Part shown: positions 1 through 9,299 of the stretch, piece after piece
Position numbering within the stretch: the first letter of the stretch is position 1
Layout: each line of letters begins with the position of its first letter
Source: an uncultured virus (IMG/VR IMGVR_UViG_3300021142_000016)
Taxonomy: Duplodnaviria; Heunggongvirae; Uroviricota; Caudoviricetes
DNA length: 64,000 nucleotides
Virus record (IMG/VR): IMGVR_UViG_3300021142_000016
Reading direction: 5' to 3' (one strand)
Notes under the pieces: model-generated
What the model was told of the DNA's origin: nothing
Database searches by the model: none
Seen by the model: the letters and a program-made list of their open reading frames with translations, nothing else
Made by a program: the position numbers and the translations under genes

Positions 1-193
1 CATCAGAGTCCCCGCACTGCTCACATGTAATTCCGTCCCAAGTTGTATTTTCATGCTTACATAATTCTTTTTCAATAGCTATTACAGATTCTTTGACTTT
101 ACCCCATATTGATGATCCGTAGTTATTGTTCATATATGAGACTAACTCTTTACCCGCCTCTGTTTTAATATCTTCTAATAATTCATCACTCAT
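1..193 (-). CDS. hypothetical protein, partial (runs off window), C-terminal CxxC
   Basis: Hand-translated MSDELLEDIKTEAGKELVSY...CEQCGDS; ATG overlaps the stop of 190..447 (ATGA coupling). Confidence 0.6.
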   Translation of the reverse strand, partial: MSDELLEDIKTEAGKELVSYMNNNYGSSIWGKVKESVIAIEKELCKHENTTWDGITCEQCGDSD

Positions 194-447
194 CCCAACT
201 CCTTTTCAATTGCTTGTATAGTAGGGCAAGGATATAAAGGATGGCAATCACAATCACATTTAGGCCATTCACAACCCCATTCTCCACAACCCCAACATTC
301 ACCATCACATGCTTCGCATATTCCATTTGAATCTGGTTTATGCAATTCCACTACTGCACGAAGGGCTGAGTAAGCAAAGCCTGTTTCAGTGCCATTTTCC
401 CAAGATAATTTATCATCTATATATTTTAGCAATTCATCGTAAGTCAT
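190..447 (-). CDS. small Cys-rich phage protein
   Basis: ALRAVVELHKP...C..C...YPCPTIQAIEKEL pattern typical of small actinophage proteins; coupled to its neighbours. Confidence 0.65.
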   Translation of the reverse strand: MTYDELLKYIDDKLSWENGTETGFAYSALRAVVELHKPDSNGICEACDGECWGCGEWGCEWPKCDCDCHPLYPCPTIQAIEKELG

Positions 448-746
448 TTTCTTGGCTCCTTCTTTGGCTCACGTTCTTGTATAAAGTTTATAACGGCGTT
501 TATAGCCTCTGAATAGGCTTCTACGTCATCTTTCATCCATAAAACATTACCGTCAGCATCAAAACTACTGCCACGGTATTGTTGGTACTCTTTTAAGTGA
601 TTTTGTAGTGCATCAATAATTTCATCCCGCTCAAATTTGCGAGATTTAGCACACATATTACAAGGACATGGTACTTTATTTAAAGATTTATATATAATTT
701 GATCACGGGGGTCACGATATGCATTTTCAGCTGCTTCTAAATCCAT
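444..746 (-). CDS. hypothetical protein
   Basis: ORF track; likely start MDLEAA at 746, overlapping the upstream stop (TAATG). Confidence 0.6.
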   Translation of the reverse strand: MDLEAAENAYRDPRDQIIYKSLNKVPCPCNMCAKSRKFERDEIIDALQNHLKEYQQYRGSSFDADGNVLWMKDDVEAYSEAINAVINFIQEREPKKEPRK

Positions 747-877
747 TATTTTTCCTTTTGTTCCTTTACCCAAGCCGAACCTGCGTAATCCTCATAACAA
801 CTAGGACACAAAGAAAGTTTGCCTAAACCTACAATCTTTTTGCCCTCATAACTACATTGATCGCACCTGTAACCCAT
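746..877 (-). CDS. small zinc-ribbon protein (43 aa)
   Basis: Hand-translated MGYRCDQCSYEGKKIVGLGKLSLCPSCYEDY...; two CxxC; TAATG coupling on both sides. Confidence 0.6.
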   Translation of the reverse strand: MGYRCDQCSYEGKKIVGLGKLSLCPSCYEDYAGSAWVKEQKEK

Positions 878-1020
878 TATTCTTTTGGAAATCCTTCCAA
901 TTCATCAAACATAAAAATAGATTCAATCTTTGCAAAGATTGTTCTTGTTTTATCAGGGTCACCATTTATGTCAATTTGAGATGTAAGATTGTATAACTCT
1001 TCAATGTTTTTTTGTAACAT
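877..1020 (-). CDS. hypothetical protein (47 aa)
   Basis: Hand-translated MLQKNIEELYNLTSQIDING...; TAATG coupling on both sides. Confidence 0.55.
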   Translation of the reverse strand: MLQKNIEELYNLTSQIDINGDPDKTRTIFAKIESIFMFDELEGFPKE

Positions 1021-1238
1021 TACCAGCCTCCCAAGCAGTCTTTTGAACGTGTATGTTTTTGCACTTGCATTAGATATTCTGATTTATTTGGAGCATAAAA
1101 ATCTTTGTAACATGCCCCACAGTTTCCATGCCATTCATCCCCAAAAAAATCATAGGTCATGAACTTAATTCGTGGGTTGGTACTTATTGTCGGTGTATTT
1201 TTTTGTTTCCGTACTTGTTTTTTACGTCTTGTTTGCAT
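1020..1238 (-). CDS. small C2H2-like zinc-finger protein
   Basis: CGAC...H....C; start uncertain. Confidence 0.55.
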   Translation of the reverse strand: MQTRRKKQVRKQKNTPTISTNPRIKFMTYDFFGDEWHGNCGACYKDFYAPNKSEYLMQVQKHTRSKDCLGGW

Positions 1239-1333
1239 TTTTCAACAATCGCTTTCGTCATTAGTTCAATACGGCGAGAAGATTCAAGCTTCTTGATATC
1301 TTCCCAATCCATCGGGTCTTCTTGTTGGTTCAT
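1184..1333 (-). CDS. hypothetical protein (49 aa), probably leaderless
   Basis: MNQQEDPMDWEDIKK...; ATG lies 6 nt after a TAGAAT -10 box. Confidence 0.5.
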   Translation of the reverse strand: MNQQEDPMDWEDIKKLESSRRIELMTKAIVEKCKQDVKNKYGNKKIHRQ

Positions 1334-1339
1334 GTAGTT

Positions 1340-1369
1340 ATTCTACTACATCAATGTGCGAGTTGTCAA
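1340..1369 (-). promoter_or_regulatory. sigma70/SigA-type promoter
   Basis: TTGACA-N18-TAGAAT on the minus strand. Confidence 0.65.
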
Positions 1370-1488
1370 TAGGCTTATGCCATTTTTCCCAATAAGGGAT
1401 GCCTTCTTCATCAAAGTCAGATCCAAGATTCTTTAAAAGCTCTTCATCTTCTTCCATGATTCGCTTGATATAAGAATCAAAACCAGTT

Positions 1489-1890
1489 TTATAACTCATG
1501 ATTTTTAGGCTGAACAAATTTCTTATGGATTAAATATTGATCTACAAAATCTGCAGCAACATCGTAGCCGTGCTCTAATGTAAAGAACTGTTTATCTTCA
1601 ACAATTGTATTCCAAATTACAGAAGCATCTTCAGTAAATTCCCATTCATTGTCAGGGTCATTAATTGCTTCAAGCATTGTGCCATATGCAACAATGTCTT
1701 CATACAATGGTCTGCCCCACTTATGACCATATTGCTGTGCAATTTGATCTAAGAGGGTGATATCTTCGTAAGGGGTCATTCCCTCACCGTTTGCTTGTTT
1801 TACCTCAACATTTTCGTCTGGGTTAACGTTTACTATACCGTACTTGTCATGAATAACTACGGGTCCGTTTTTCTTTTTTGATTTTGGCAT
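1489..1890 (-). CDS. hypothetical protein
   Basis: 133-aa ORF on the coding strand. Confidence 0.65.
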   Translation of the reverse strand: MPKSKKKNGPVVIHDKYGIVNVNPDENVEVKQANGEGMTPYEDITLLDQIAQQYGHKWGRPLYEDIVAYGTMLEAINDPDNEWEFTEDASVIWNTIVEDKQFFTLEHGYDVAADFVDQYLIHKKFVQPKNHEL

Positions 1891-2053
1891 TTATTACCTA
1901 TTCTTCTTTTTCTGTTACTGCTTGAACCCCAGCCGATTTTGCACCGTTAGTCCACGCTGTATCGTCGTCGTACCAATCGCTATAAGGATCAAGAGTAATT
2001 AGCTCTTCAACCTTAGCTACTTCTGCTGCTATGTCTACATTTTCCATGGACAT

Positions 2054-2083
2054 ATTATGTCACATCTTTCTACTAGTTGTCAA
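2054..2083 (-). promoter_or_regulatory. sigma70/SigA-type promoter
   Basis: TTGACA-N18-CATAAT with extended TG. Confidence 0.65.
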
Positions 2084-2180
2084 GTAATATTAAAATCTTA
2101 CTTTTTGTGCCATCTACGCATATGGCACTTGAACGAAAGTCCAAGTACCACAGCCATACTAGCCCAAAGCAGGATGCAAT

Positions 2181-2549
2181 TCATCTTTCCTCCTCATCTC
2201 TGAGGCGTGCTACATCCTCGTGCAAATCCCTCAAAAGCTCAAGAGTTTCTTCAGCGATCAAATTTGTTTCTGAAGCTATTCTGAGATTTTTTCTGGTTAT
2301 TTTCTTTTCAGCTTCACCTTCACGATTTCCTGAAGAAAGCAACAAAGAAGACAGCACAATTGCTTCTAGGGACACGATAAGAGTTAGTAAGCCATATGGA
2401 AAGGGTTCAATCTTGAAACCTATCCATACGCCCCACCAGATGGCGTGAAAGAGTATAAAGAAAGGATGTGCAGATATTTCTGCTACCCAATCTGAAAGTT
2501 CTTCTATTTTCTTTATAAATCTTTTGATATAATGCTTAATTTTAAGCAC
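2181..2549 (-). CDS. DUF1003-like membrane protein
   Basis: Two hydrophobic segments with the EPFPYGLLTLIVSLEAI motif, then a coiled coil. Confidence 0.7.
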   Translation of the reverse strand: MLKIKHYIKRFIKKIEELSDWVAEISAHPFFILFHAIWWGVWIGFKIEPFPYGLLTLIVSLEAIVLSSLLLSSGNREGEAEKKITRKNLRIASETNLIAEETLELLRDLHEDVARLRDEEER

Positions 2550-2598
2550 CCCTTGTAAAACATTTTTTATTACAAGTTTATTATACCATAATATTTAT

Positions 2599-2820
2599 TT
2601 AAATAATCTTTGATTCTCTTGCTTTTTCTGCAACCAATGCGTTAAATTGTTCCATAAACTGACCAATCACAAATACTGTATCACTCACTGCATTCTGTGT
2701 TGCTTGTTCAAGTTCATCTTCTTTAAAACGATCATTGATTGCCCAATCTTCTAGCAACAAACGTGCTACAGATTCTGTAATTTTATTTAATTCTTGTAGT
2801 GGTACTGGTACTTCTGCCAT
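2599..2820 (-). CDS. hypothetical protein
   Basis: 73-aa ORF directly after 2821..3102. Confidence 0.6.
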   Translation of the reverse strand: MAEVPVPLQELNKITESVARLLLEDWAINDRFKEDELEQATQNAVSDTVFVIGQFMEQFNALVAEKARESKII

Positions 2821-3102
2821 TTACTTACTCTTTCTGCTATAGTTCATCGGATTAAAATGAAACATGTTTCTAACACGTGCTCGTCTTTCATCTGAAAGCC
2901 ATTTGTTTATATTTAAGGAATACACTGTAATATATATTGTTGATCCAAATATAAAACCCCACTGCTTAGTGTCTATAGAGTATATCACCCAAGCACACTC
3001 GTTTGCAATTCCCACCGCAAACCCGTACCATTTCTTTTTACCTGTAAGCCAAATTCCTACAACTCCAAGTATGGATAATGCCCATGACACCCACCAAGAC
3101 AT
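2821..3102 (-). CDS. small three-TM membrane protein, PnuC/SemiSWEET-like half transporter
   Basis: WALSILGVVGIWL.GKK.WYGF..G...E.AW..Y.....QWGF; three hydrophobic helices. Confidence 0.55.
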   Translation of the reverse strand: MSWWVSWALSILGVVGIWLTGKKKWYGFAVGIANECAWVIYSIDTKQWGFIFGSTIYITVYSLNINKWLSDERRARVRNMFHFNPMNYSRKSK

Positions 3103-3103
3103 T

Positions 3104-3418
3104 TTAATTTACTCCCATAAAATGAAACATATGTGGATAAAAATGCTTTAAAATTTGCACTGTGGCAAGAATAACCCACATCACATTAAAATAAATAATT
3201 GTTGGCAGCTTCTTTTTAATAGAAGACCAGATGAGTGAAAATGCTGAATATTCTGCAAAGATATAAAGCCACCACCACTGCTTATTCCATACAAGCCCTG
3301 GAATAATGATTGCTAATTTAATTGTAAAGCCAAACCATTCAATAAAATTGGTGTAGTGCCAATACTTTGCTTTAAAAAATGGTGCAAACTCTTTAACAAA
3401 ACTGTTAAAGATCTTCAT
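3104..3418 (-). CDS. small membrane protein
   Basis: About three hydrophobic, Trp-rich segments. Confidence 0.6.
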   Translation of the reverse strand: MKIFNSFVKEFAPFFKAKYWHYTNFIEWFGFTIKLAIIIPGLVWNKQWWWLYIFAEYSAFSLIWSSIKKKLPTIIYFNVMWVILATVQILKHFYPHMFHFMGVN

Positions 3419-4973
3419 GTATATTCTCCTTTAGATACTGATATTGCGTTGGTAAATCTTTGACAAACTCTTTTAAGTTCTGAGCTTTTTTATCTTTTGC
3501 TTCCCAATAAGGGACTAAATCATTTACTACATCTACATTTATTACTCTTTGTGCAAGCCAAAGCTTCTCAACGTAGTCTTGGAAGATAATATCATACTGC
3601 ATCCCCGCACCTACTGACAAGTAACCAACACCAGATCTATCTCCCCATTCTCCAGTTCTGATTACTTCTTTAAACTGATCAATAAGATTTTTAGGCCCAC
3701 CCAATTTATTAACATTTAACCAATATTGGCTATCATCTCTTTGAGATAAGATAAAATGAATTTGAATAAAATCTTTTGTTGTTGTTACTTGAGTTTCCCA
3801 GTATCTATTAAATACTTGAATATCAAAACCATTATAATAATCTTTGTAAAATGTATTTGCAATTTTTGATGACATTTCGTGAACAAAATAAAGACCTGCA
3901 CCTTCAAGCGGGTCAAGGAATGCTGCAGATAAACCAATTGCAATTACATTTTTAACCCAAGCTCGTTTGTAATACCCATTACGCATAAATAGTTTGCGTA
4001 TTTCAACTTCTTTAGACCTATTAGGATTATAAACAACCATTTTATCTGAGTCTAAATGATCTTTGAACTCTTGTAGGGCTGTTTCTTCATCTACAAATTG
4101 ATCACTAAAAGCATACCCAGTTCCAATTCTGCTCCAAATCGGTGTATTCCAAGCCCAACCGTTCTTTAAAGCAATTGAATGTGTAAAGTTTTGTAGTTCT
4201 AATTCTTTATCAGTATACTCTACAGGGGTAAAAAATGCTCTATTATGGGGCAATTCTTCTTTTGTAGAAATAAATTCTTCATCTAAAGTTTGGCCAATTA
4301 GTAAACTTTTAAAACCTGAACAATCAATAAAAATATCACCAGTCAATTCTGTACCATCGTCTAGGACTAGTGCTTCAACACCGTCTTCATTTTGTTTTAC
4401 AGAAGTTACTGTTGCATAAATTCTTTTAACACCACGTGGGATAGCATATTGATCTGCTAAATATTGACCAAGCTTTACAGCATTTAATTGCAACCCAACA
4501 TCTTTTTCTGGGTTGTATGGGAAAAAGTCGGGATTCATTTCATTAAGAAACTTATTATCTTTAAACAAAGCAAATTGTGGATAATGGGTTTCTGTAAAAT
4601 TAGTATGATGTGTTTCAGGATACTTAAACTTTTTAAATTTCCAATCTTCAAGGTTCATTGCAGTGTTTTGAAAATCTGCAAGTCCAAAAACTGTGTACCA
4701 AGGCTCATCATTTTCTCTATAAAAATTTGAAAACTTTACCCCAAGCTTGAATATGGCTTCAGTGCCACGCATAAAATCTTTAATATCAATGCCCAAATGG
4801 TATAACCATGGCATAATTTCATTAGTTGTGCTTTCGCCTACGCTAATATTTGGAATGGAAGGGCTTTCAACAACTGTTATATTTTTGTTAGGCAAATCGT
4901 GAATTAAGGTAGATGCAGTCATCCAGCCAGCGGACCCGCCACCTAATATAACTATGTTTTGAGGACTTTTCAT
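3405..4973 (-). CDS. tryptophan halogenase (PrnA/RebH-family flavin-dependent halogenase)
   Basis: GGGSAGWMTA FAD motif, VGEST, FKLGVKF (catalytic Lys position), FIDCSGF, GWAWNTP, R.GTGY, FLDPLEG; likely start MKSPQN at 4973. Confidence 0.9.
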   Translation of the reverse strand: MKSPQNIVILGGGSAGWMTASTLIHDLPNKNITVVESPSIPNISVGESTTNEIMPWLYHLGIDIKDFMRGTEAIFKLGVKFSNFYRENDEPWYTVFGLADFQNTAMNLEDWKFKKFKYPETHHTNFTETHYPQFALFKDNKFLNEMNPDFFPYNPEKDVGLQLNAVKLGQYLADQYAIPRGVKRIYATVTSVKQNEDGVEALVLDDGTELTGDIFIDCSGFKSLLIGQTLDEEFISTKEELPHNRAFFTPVEYTDKELELQNFTHSIALKNGWAWNTPIWSRIGTGYAFSDQFVDEETALQEFKDHLDSDKMVVYNPNRSKEVEIRKLFMRNGYYKRAWVKNVIAIGLSAAFLDPLEGAGLYFVHEMSSKIANTFYKDYYNGFDIQVFNRYWETQVTTTKDFIQIHFILSQRDDSQYWLNVNKLGGPKNLIDQFKEVIRTGEWGDRSGVGYLSVGAGMQYDIIFQDYVEKLWLAQRVINVDVVNDLVPYWEAKDKKAQNLKEFVKDLPTQYQYLKENIHEDL

Positions 4974-5000
4974 TTTTTCTTTCTGATATAAGATTATAAT

Positions 5001-5009
5001 ATTATACCA
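5001..5009 (-). promoter_or_regulatory. extended -10 promoter
   Basis: TGGTATAAT immediately after a terminator, upstream of the halogenase. Confidence 0.6.
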
Positions 5010-5036
5010 AAAGGGGTAGAATTTGTCTACCCCTTT
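5010..5036 (-). terminator. intrinsic terminator
   Basis: AAAGGGGTAGA-caaat-TCTACCCCTTT hairpin after 5049..6119. Confidence 0.75.
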
Positions 5037-5048
5037 CAAATATTTTAT

Positions 5049-6119
5049 TTACTTAGTTAGCTGTGGCTGACGGAAACGCTTAGCCAATGCGTTGTACTTA
5101 GCAATAAGTGCTGCATACTTTGCCTTATCAGTAGCATGTGATGCCTTTTCTGCAATCAACGCTGCTTGTACAGTATTGAATGAAGACTGAATTGATGCTG
5201 TTGAAGTATCAGAAGCAGTCTTATTTGATGCAATAGTTGCATTTGCAGTAGCAAGCTGTGATTGCAATGATGCGATTGTATTGCTAAGTCCTGCAACCTG
5301 AGCTTGCAATGCTGAGATTGAAGCGTTAAGATCTGATACAACAAATGATGCAGAGATAGCCTTAACTGGTGCTGGCAATCCTGTGACTGCTGAACCAATT
5401 GAAGTATCTGTTGCAACAACTGTTACTGTACCTGCAGATACTGCAGCCAATGTAGCAGACTTTGAACCCAATGTGAGTGTGTTATCTGCAAGTACGTTTG
5501 CTGCTGTAGATGTTACTAGGGACTTGGTAACAGTAAGATCAGAGAATGTTGCTCCAATTAAAGTAACTGATACGGTTTCTCCACCAACTGCGTTACCAAA
5601 AACGTCTGTTGCTGAAACAGAAATTGTTGGAGCAGTGTTAATTGCTGACGATGCTGGTACTGAAACTGCAACATTTGATGCTGCTCCCGCTGTACCTTGA
5701 ATGTAAACAATTGTTGAATATGCACCATTTGTAATGGTTACAGAGCCAACTGATGTGCTTGTTGTATAAGCATACTCTGTTACTGCTGTGCCTTGTGAGG
5801 TTACAGAAGCAGATGTAGAACCTGATTCAGTTGTAACTGGAGCAGGTGTTGTGTTAAGTGATGATACAAGCTTTACAGAACCTGATGCAGTAAATGTTAC
5901 TACAGTGTTGGTATCTGCTGTTGCTGCAAGAGCAACCGAATGACCTGAATCAATTACGTTAGAGGCAGGTACTGCTACGGTTGCTGGTGCTGCAGAAGTT
6001 GTTGTGTTTGCTGATCCAGCAACTGTTACCGCAAGCGGTGCAGCATGTGCTGAAGCAGAGATGCCTACGATTGCAAGAGCTGCAGCGGTTGCAAGAGCGA
6101 TCTTCTTATTTGTCTTCAT
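5049..6119 (-). CDS. secreted Ala/Thr/Ser-rich surface protein (Ig-like beta domains plus C-terminal coiled coil)
   Basis: Sec signal peptide MKTNKKIALATAAALAIVGISASAHA; SATDVFGNAV Ig-like motif; heptad-like tail. Confidence 0.7.
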   Translation of the reverse strand: MKTNKKIALATAAALAIVGISASAHAAPLAVTVAGSANTTTSAAPATVAVPASNVIDSGHSVALAATADTNTVVTFTASGSVKLVSSLNTTPAPVTTESGSTSASVTSQGTAVTEYAYTTSTSVGSVTITNGAYSTIVYIQGTAGAASNVAVSVPASSAINTAPTISVSATDVFGNAVGGETVSVTLIGATFSDLTVTKSLVTSTAANVLADNTLTLGSKSATLAAVSAGTVTVVATDTSIGSAVTGLPAPVKAISASFVVSDLNASISALQAQVAGLSNTIASLQSQLATANATIASNKTASDTSTASIQSSFNTVQAALIAEKASHATDKAKYAALIAKYNALAKRFRQPQLTK

Positions 6120-6181
6120 AGTTTCCTATTCTTGTTAGTATCCCTGTACAGGATAATGGTCACGAAAATGACCAATGCTTT

Positions 6182-6211
6182 ATTATACATTATCTATTCT
6201 TTTTTTGTCAA
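6182..6211 (-). promoter_or_regulatory. consensus sigma70/SigA promoter
   Basis: TTGACA-N18-TATAAT upstream of the secreted-protein gene. Confidence 0.75.
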
Positions 6212-6748
6212 CTTGGTTTGCTTCTGTTGCCTTACTATTTGAAAAGGACCAGAAGTATAAATATCGTTGGTAGCAGCAATTTCAAGAGCTTTTTCTACCG
6301 TCGCACCTGCATACAACGCACCAATAGCGAATTGAGAACCATTTCCTACACCGTATATACCGTCGCTATTCAGCAATACGCTAAAGTCATTTCCTATATC
6401 AAAGACTTCTCCGTCAAATGAAAATAACATACTAAACCCAGAGTCTTTATCGTCTTTATCTTCTTTCCATCCATTTTCTTCTAAGCACTCACGCATTGCT
6501 GGAATAAATTTGGTAATCATAAATTTGTAAAGATTGTCTCTTTCTTTAACCGCTGGAACTGGAGGAACAAAAACATGCTGCAATATGTCGCAAGGGGTAG
6601 AGTCACCGCTACCAGCAATTAACCAGCCATTATTCTTAGTAATCTTTTCCATTTTTGGATGGCGATTTGGACGTGACCCATCAGAAACTTGAGCATCAGC
6701 ACCCATAGTTACATTGCCGTTTTTACATACTGCAACAATAGTTGTCAT
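6194..6748 (-). CDS. HslV/proteasome-beta-like Ntn threonine protease
   Basis: N-terminal (M)TTIVAV, GAD, conserved Lys (EKI), IAGSG, GVGNGSQFAIGAL, DIYTSGP. Confidence 0.85.
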   Translation of the reverse strand: MTTIVAVCKNGNVTMGADAQVSDGSRPNRHPKMEKITKNNGWLIAGSGDSTPCDILQHVFVPPVPAVKERDNLYKFMITKFIPAMRECLEENGWKEDKDDKDSGFSMLFSFDGEVFDIGNDFSVLLNSDGIYGVGNGSQFAIGALYAGATVEKALEIAATNDIYTSGPFQIVRQQKQTKLTKKE

Positions 6749-7041
6749 TTACCCAGCTCCTCCAAAATTGCTTCAGCAGTACGTGATTCAATACGGTCAA
6801 CAATTTCTCCCTGCCTCATGGTAAAAATTTGAGGAATACTTTTGATTCCATAATATTCTACAGTAGACGAGTCAATCTTGTCAACATCTACCAAATAATA
6901 GTTAGTTTCAGGATCAATTACTGAAACCTTGCCATAATGTGGCTTTAATTGTTTACAGGGATTGCACCAATCTGCTGTAAAATAAACTACACATTCATCT
7001 TCAGCAATAAATTCATTTACGTCATTTGTGATCTTAAGCAA
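6745..7041 (-). CDS. thioredoxin
   Basis: FTADWCNPCK active site; cis-Pro motif SIP. Confidence 0.9.
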   Translation of the reverse strand: MLKITNDVNEFIAEDECVVYFTADWCNPCKQLKPHYGKVSVIDPETNYYLVDVDKIDSSTVEYYGIKSIPQIFTMRQGEIVDRIESRTAEAILEELGK

Positions 7042-7264
7042 TTAATTCCTCCGCAGTTATGGTTTTACCCACATATCGGCGTTTTGTGATGTAGTCCTTG
7101 ACATGTTCGGGGCCCTTTTGCCGTCCTCCTAAAATGATAACCCATCTAGGCTCAAATTGGGAATCCACGCATGTTTGACACATATAAAGGGTGGTGCCCT
7201 TTAAAATTTCTGACTGAAATGGCCCCAGCTCGTTCTTGTTTTTACCGCAAGAATAGCAAATCAT
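7034..7264 (-). CDS. zinc-finger hypothetical protein
   Basis: CYSC...CQTC. Confidence 0.65.
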   Translation of the reverse strand: MICYSCGKNKNELGPFQSEILKGTTLYMCQTCVDSQFEPRWVIILGGRQKGPEHVKDYITKRRYVGKTITAEELIA

Positions 7265-7485
7265 TCATTTTCCCCTTCATTGACATATCCAATACCGATC
7301 TCATCCACCTCTATAAACTCATCATTAGGAATTTCTATTAAATAACTAATTCCCATATCAAAGTATTCAATAAGAGATGCATAAGCCCCATGAGACTTTA
7401 CTGTTCCATATATGCCATCTTCTGGCAAATATACATAGGTAACAGAAAGCTCAACGCTGTCCTCTTCGTTTTCTTGCTTGCTCAT
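7261..7485 (-). CDS. hypothetical acidic protein
   Basis: ORF coupled to its neighbours. Confidence 0.6.
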   Translation of the reverse strand: MSKQENEEDSVELSVTYVYLPEDGIYGTVKSHGAYASLIEYFDMGISYLIEIPNDEFIEVDEIGIGYVNEGENE

Positions 7486-7729
7486 CAGTATACTTCATCC
7501 CTTCTATTTCGCATGGTGTACCGTAAGACATAATTAATTGACGAACAGTTAGTAAATAATCCATTAAGGCCATTCTATCTGTTTCGTTATACTCCATGAC
7601 ATTACTCTCATATACAGTTAATGCAAGATAGTTTGGTCTTGCTCTAACGTCCATGACTAGGCCACGTACTGGACATTTAATATCCCGCACCTTTTTAGCC
7701 ATATCAACTGTATATCTAATTTTTGGCAT
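7451..7729 (-). CDS. hypothetical protein
   Basis: 92-aa ORF overlapping its neighbours. Confidence 0.6.
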   Translation of the reverse strand: MPKIRYTVDMAKKVRDIKCPVRGLVMDVRARPNYLALTVYESNVMEYNETDRMALMDYLLTVRQLIMSYGTPCEIEGMKYTDEQARKRRGQR

Positions 7730-8039
7730 GAAGTTTCTTTAACCTTTTCCATGTCTCTGGATCTTTGTGCTCATTGTGTTGTTTATCTGGTCTGCCAAGA
7801 TCCATAAATACCCCGCCCCAAACACCTTTTTCTTTATTCTTAACACCCTCGGAATGACATTTCTTAATTACTGGACAATGTAGACATACTTGATCTACTT
7901 GTTTGGCAAGCTCTTTGTCAGACTCATAGTCATCATAAAACCAATTAATTGACATATTGTTACAAGCAGCAAAATGATACCATTTAATATCTAGTGGATC
8001 AATGCCAAGATTATTGATTATATCTGGCATACTTGTCAC
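7716..8039 (-). CDS. whiB: WhiB-family Fe-S transcription factor
   Basis: W...AAC-x-CLHCPV..C four-Cys pattern plus GVWGG turn. Confidence 0.92.
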   Translation of the reverse strand: MTSMPDIINNLGIDPLDIKWYHFAACNNMSINWFYDDYESDKELAKQVDQVCLHCPVIKKCHSEGVKNKEKGVWGGVFMDLGRPDKQHNEHKDPETWKRLKKLHAKN

Positions 8040-8244
8040 TAATTTCCCAAGTACCGTTATCCTTTAGCTTATAGCGTAAAATATAACCCCACTTGTTGTC
8101 CCTCAACATGCCGTTTTTTTGCATGTAACCATTATCATTTCGGGTCCACTTAACAATTGTGTAACCATCCCAAAAAAACCCAAACTTTTTGTTTTTTTCA
8201 ACAAATGAATGCGCTTGATTGTAATCTAAAACAAAATTAGCCAT
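8011..8244 (-). CDS. hypothetical protein
   Basis: 77-aa ORF on the coding strand. Confidence 0.6.
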   Translation of the reverse strand: MANFVLDYNQAHSFVEKNKKFGFFWDGYTIVKWTRNDNGYMQKNGMLRDNKWGYILRYKLKDNGTWEISDKYARYNQ

Positions 8245-8548
8245 TATTTTGTGCCAACTTCTTTCCTAGTAGTTGTCTCCAGTTAACAAAGAAATACTTT
8301 TCTCCGTCTTCTTCAATTTCTGTTGCATGATTTGGTGAGTAAATTACAGTGTCACCTAAATCTAACGGTATGTCGTAGTGATTACCTGATGGGTCGTGGT
8401 CTCCATCGCCTTTGGCAACAACAATCCCCCGCTTTGTAACTTCATCTTGAATGGTTGCTGCTAAAACAATTCCAGATTTAGTAGTCTTTTCTCCATCCTC
8501 AATTTCTTTAATAATAATCATTGGGCCCAATGGGATAATATTTATCAT
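8237..8548 (-). CDS. groES: GroES/Cpn10 co-chaperonin
   Basis: IIPLG..., EKTTKSGIVL mobile loop, GIVVAKGDG, LGDTVIY. Confidence 0.9.
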   Translation of the reverse strand: MINIIPLGPMIIIKEIEDGEKTTKSGIVLAATIQDEVTKRGIVVAKGDGDHDPSGNHYDIPLDLGDTVIYSPNHATEIEEDGEKYFFVNWRQLLGKKLAQNNG

Positions 8549-9267
8549 AGGAAAATTAATCCTCTCATTCCTAGTAGTTTATTCATAATTCCTTGCGGTA
8601 CAGATTGTGGATACTCATTTTGATTTAACATTAAATTAATTGTATTTTGAGTATTAGTAATTGCTTGTTGCAATTGAGTTCCTGTTAATCCCGAATCAAT
8701 CGGTATTGGATTCTTAGTAATATTATAAGGTACAGGATCGCTACTTCCTAGCGTTAGGCATTCAACATTAAGTGAATTTGCAATATCAGTGCAATCAACA
8801 GTCGCCGTTTCTACTGGCGTAGTTGTTTCAGTTTGTGTAATAATTGGTTGAGATTCAGTTACAATTGGCTGTGGTGTAAAAACTGGTTGTGGAGGTGCAA
8901 CAAAAGTCCTGACTAATGCAATAGGAGCAGCAGGTGCTGCAACAGTAATTGATGCTACAGGCGCACCAGCATTAGTTGAGGGTGAAGCTGTTTGTGTTAC
9001 AGTAAATGTATTTGTATTTTGAGAGTAATTAACAGTTTGATTTTGTTGAGTAAGTAATCCACCAGAAATTCCAGAAGATTGCAAAACTAACTTATTACCA
9101 TCTGGAGCAATACCGCCCCAAGAACCTCCAGCACCGCATACTGATGCTGTGCAAGAGATAATATTAGTTACATTTCCGTTTGCATCTACTGATGCATATG
9201 TGTCTGCGTATGCGACTGATGTTGATGATGCCAAAATAAGAGTTGTAATTAACAACGCTTTTTTCAT
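8545..9267 (-). CDS. secreted Pro/Thr-rich protein
   Basis: Signal peptide MKKALLITTLILASSTSVAYA; YASVDANGNVTNIISC; P/T/A linker. Confidence 0.7.
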   Translation of the reverse strand: MKKALLITTLILASSTSVAYADTYASVDANGNVTNIISCTASVCGAGGSWGGIAPDGNKLVLQSSGISGGLLTQQNQTVNYSQNTNTFTVTQTASPSTNAGAPVASITVAAPAAPIALVRTFVAPPQPVFTPQPIVTESQPIITQTETTTPVETATVDCTDIANSLNVECLTLGSSDPVPYNITKNPIPIDSGLTGTQLQQAITNTQNTINLMLNQNEYPQSVPQGIMNKLLGMRGLIFL

Positions 9268-9299
9268 TTATTTCCTTTGTTAGTAGGGATGGTTAATAT

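Noticed and set aside
4974..5039. N-terminal extension of the halogenase ORF
   Set aside because: It spans a terminator and promoter; the FAD motif begins just after the Met at 4973.
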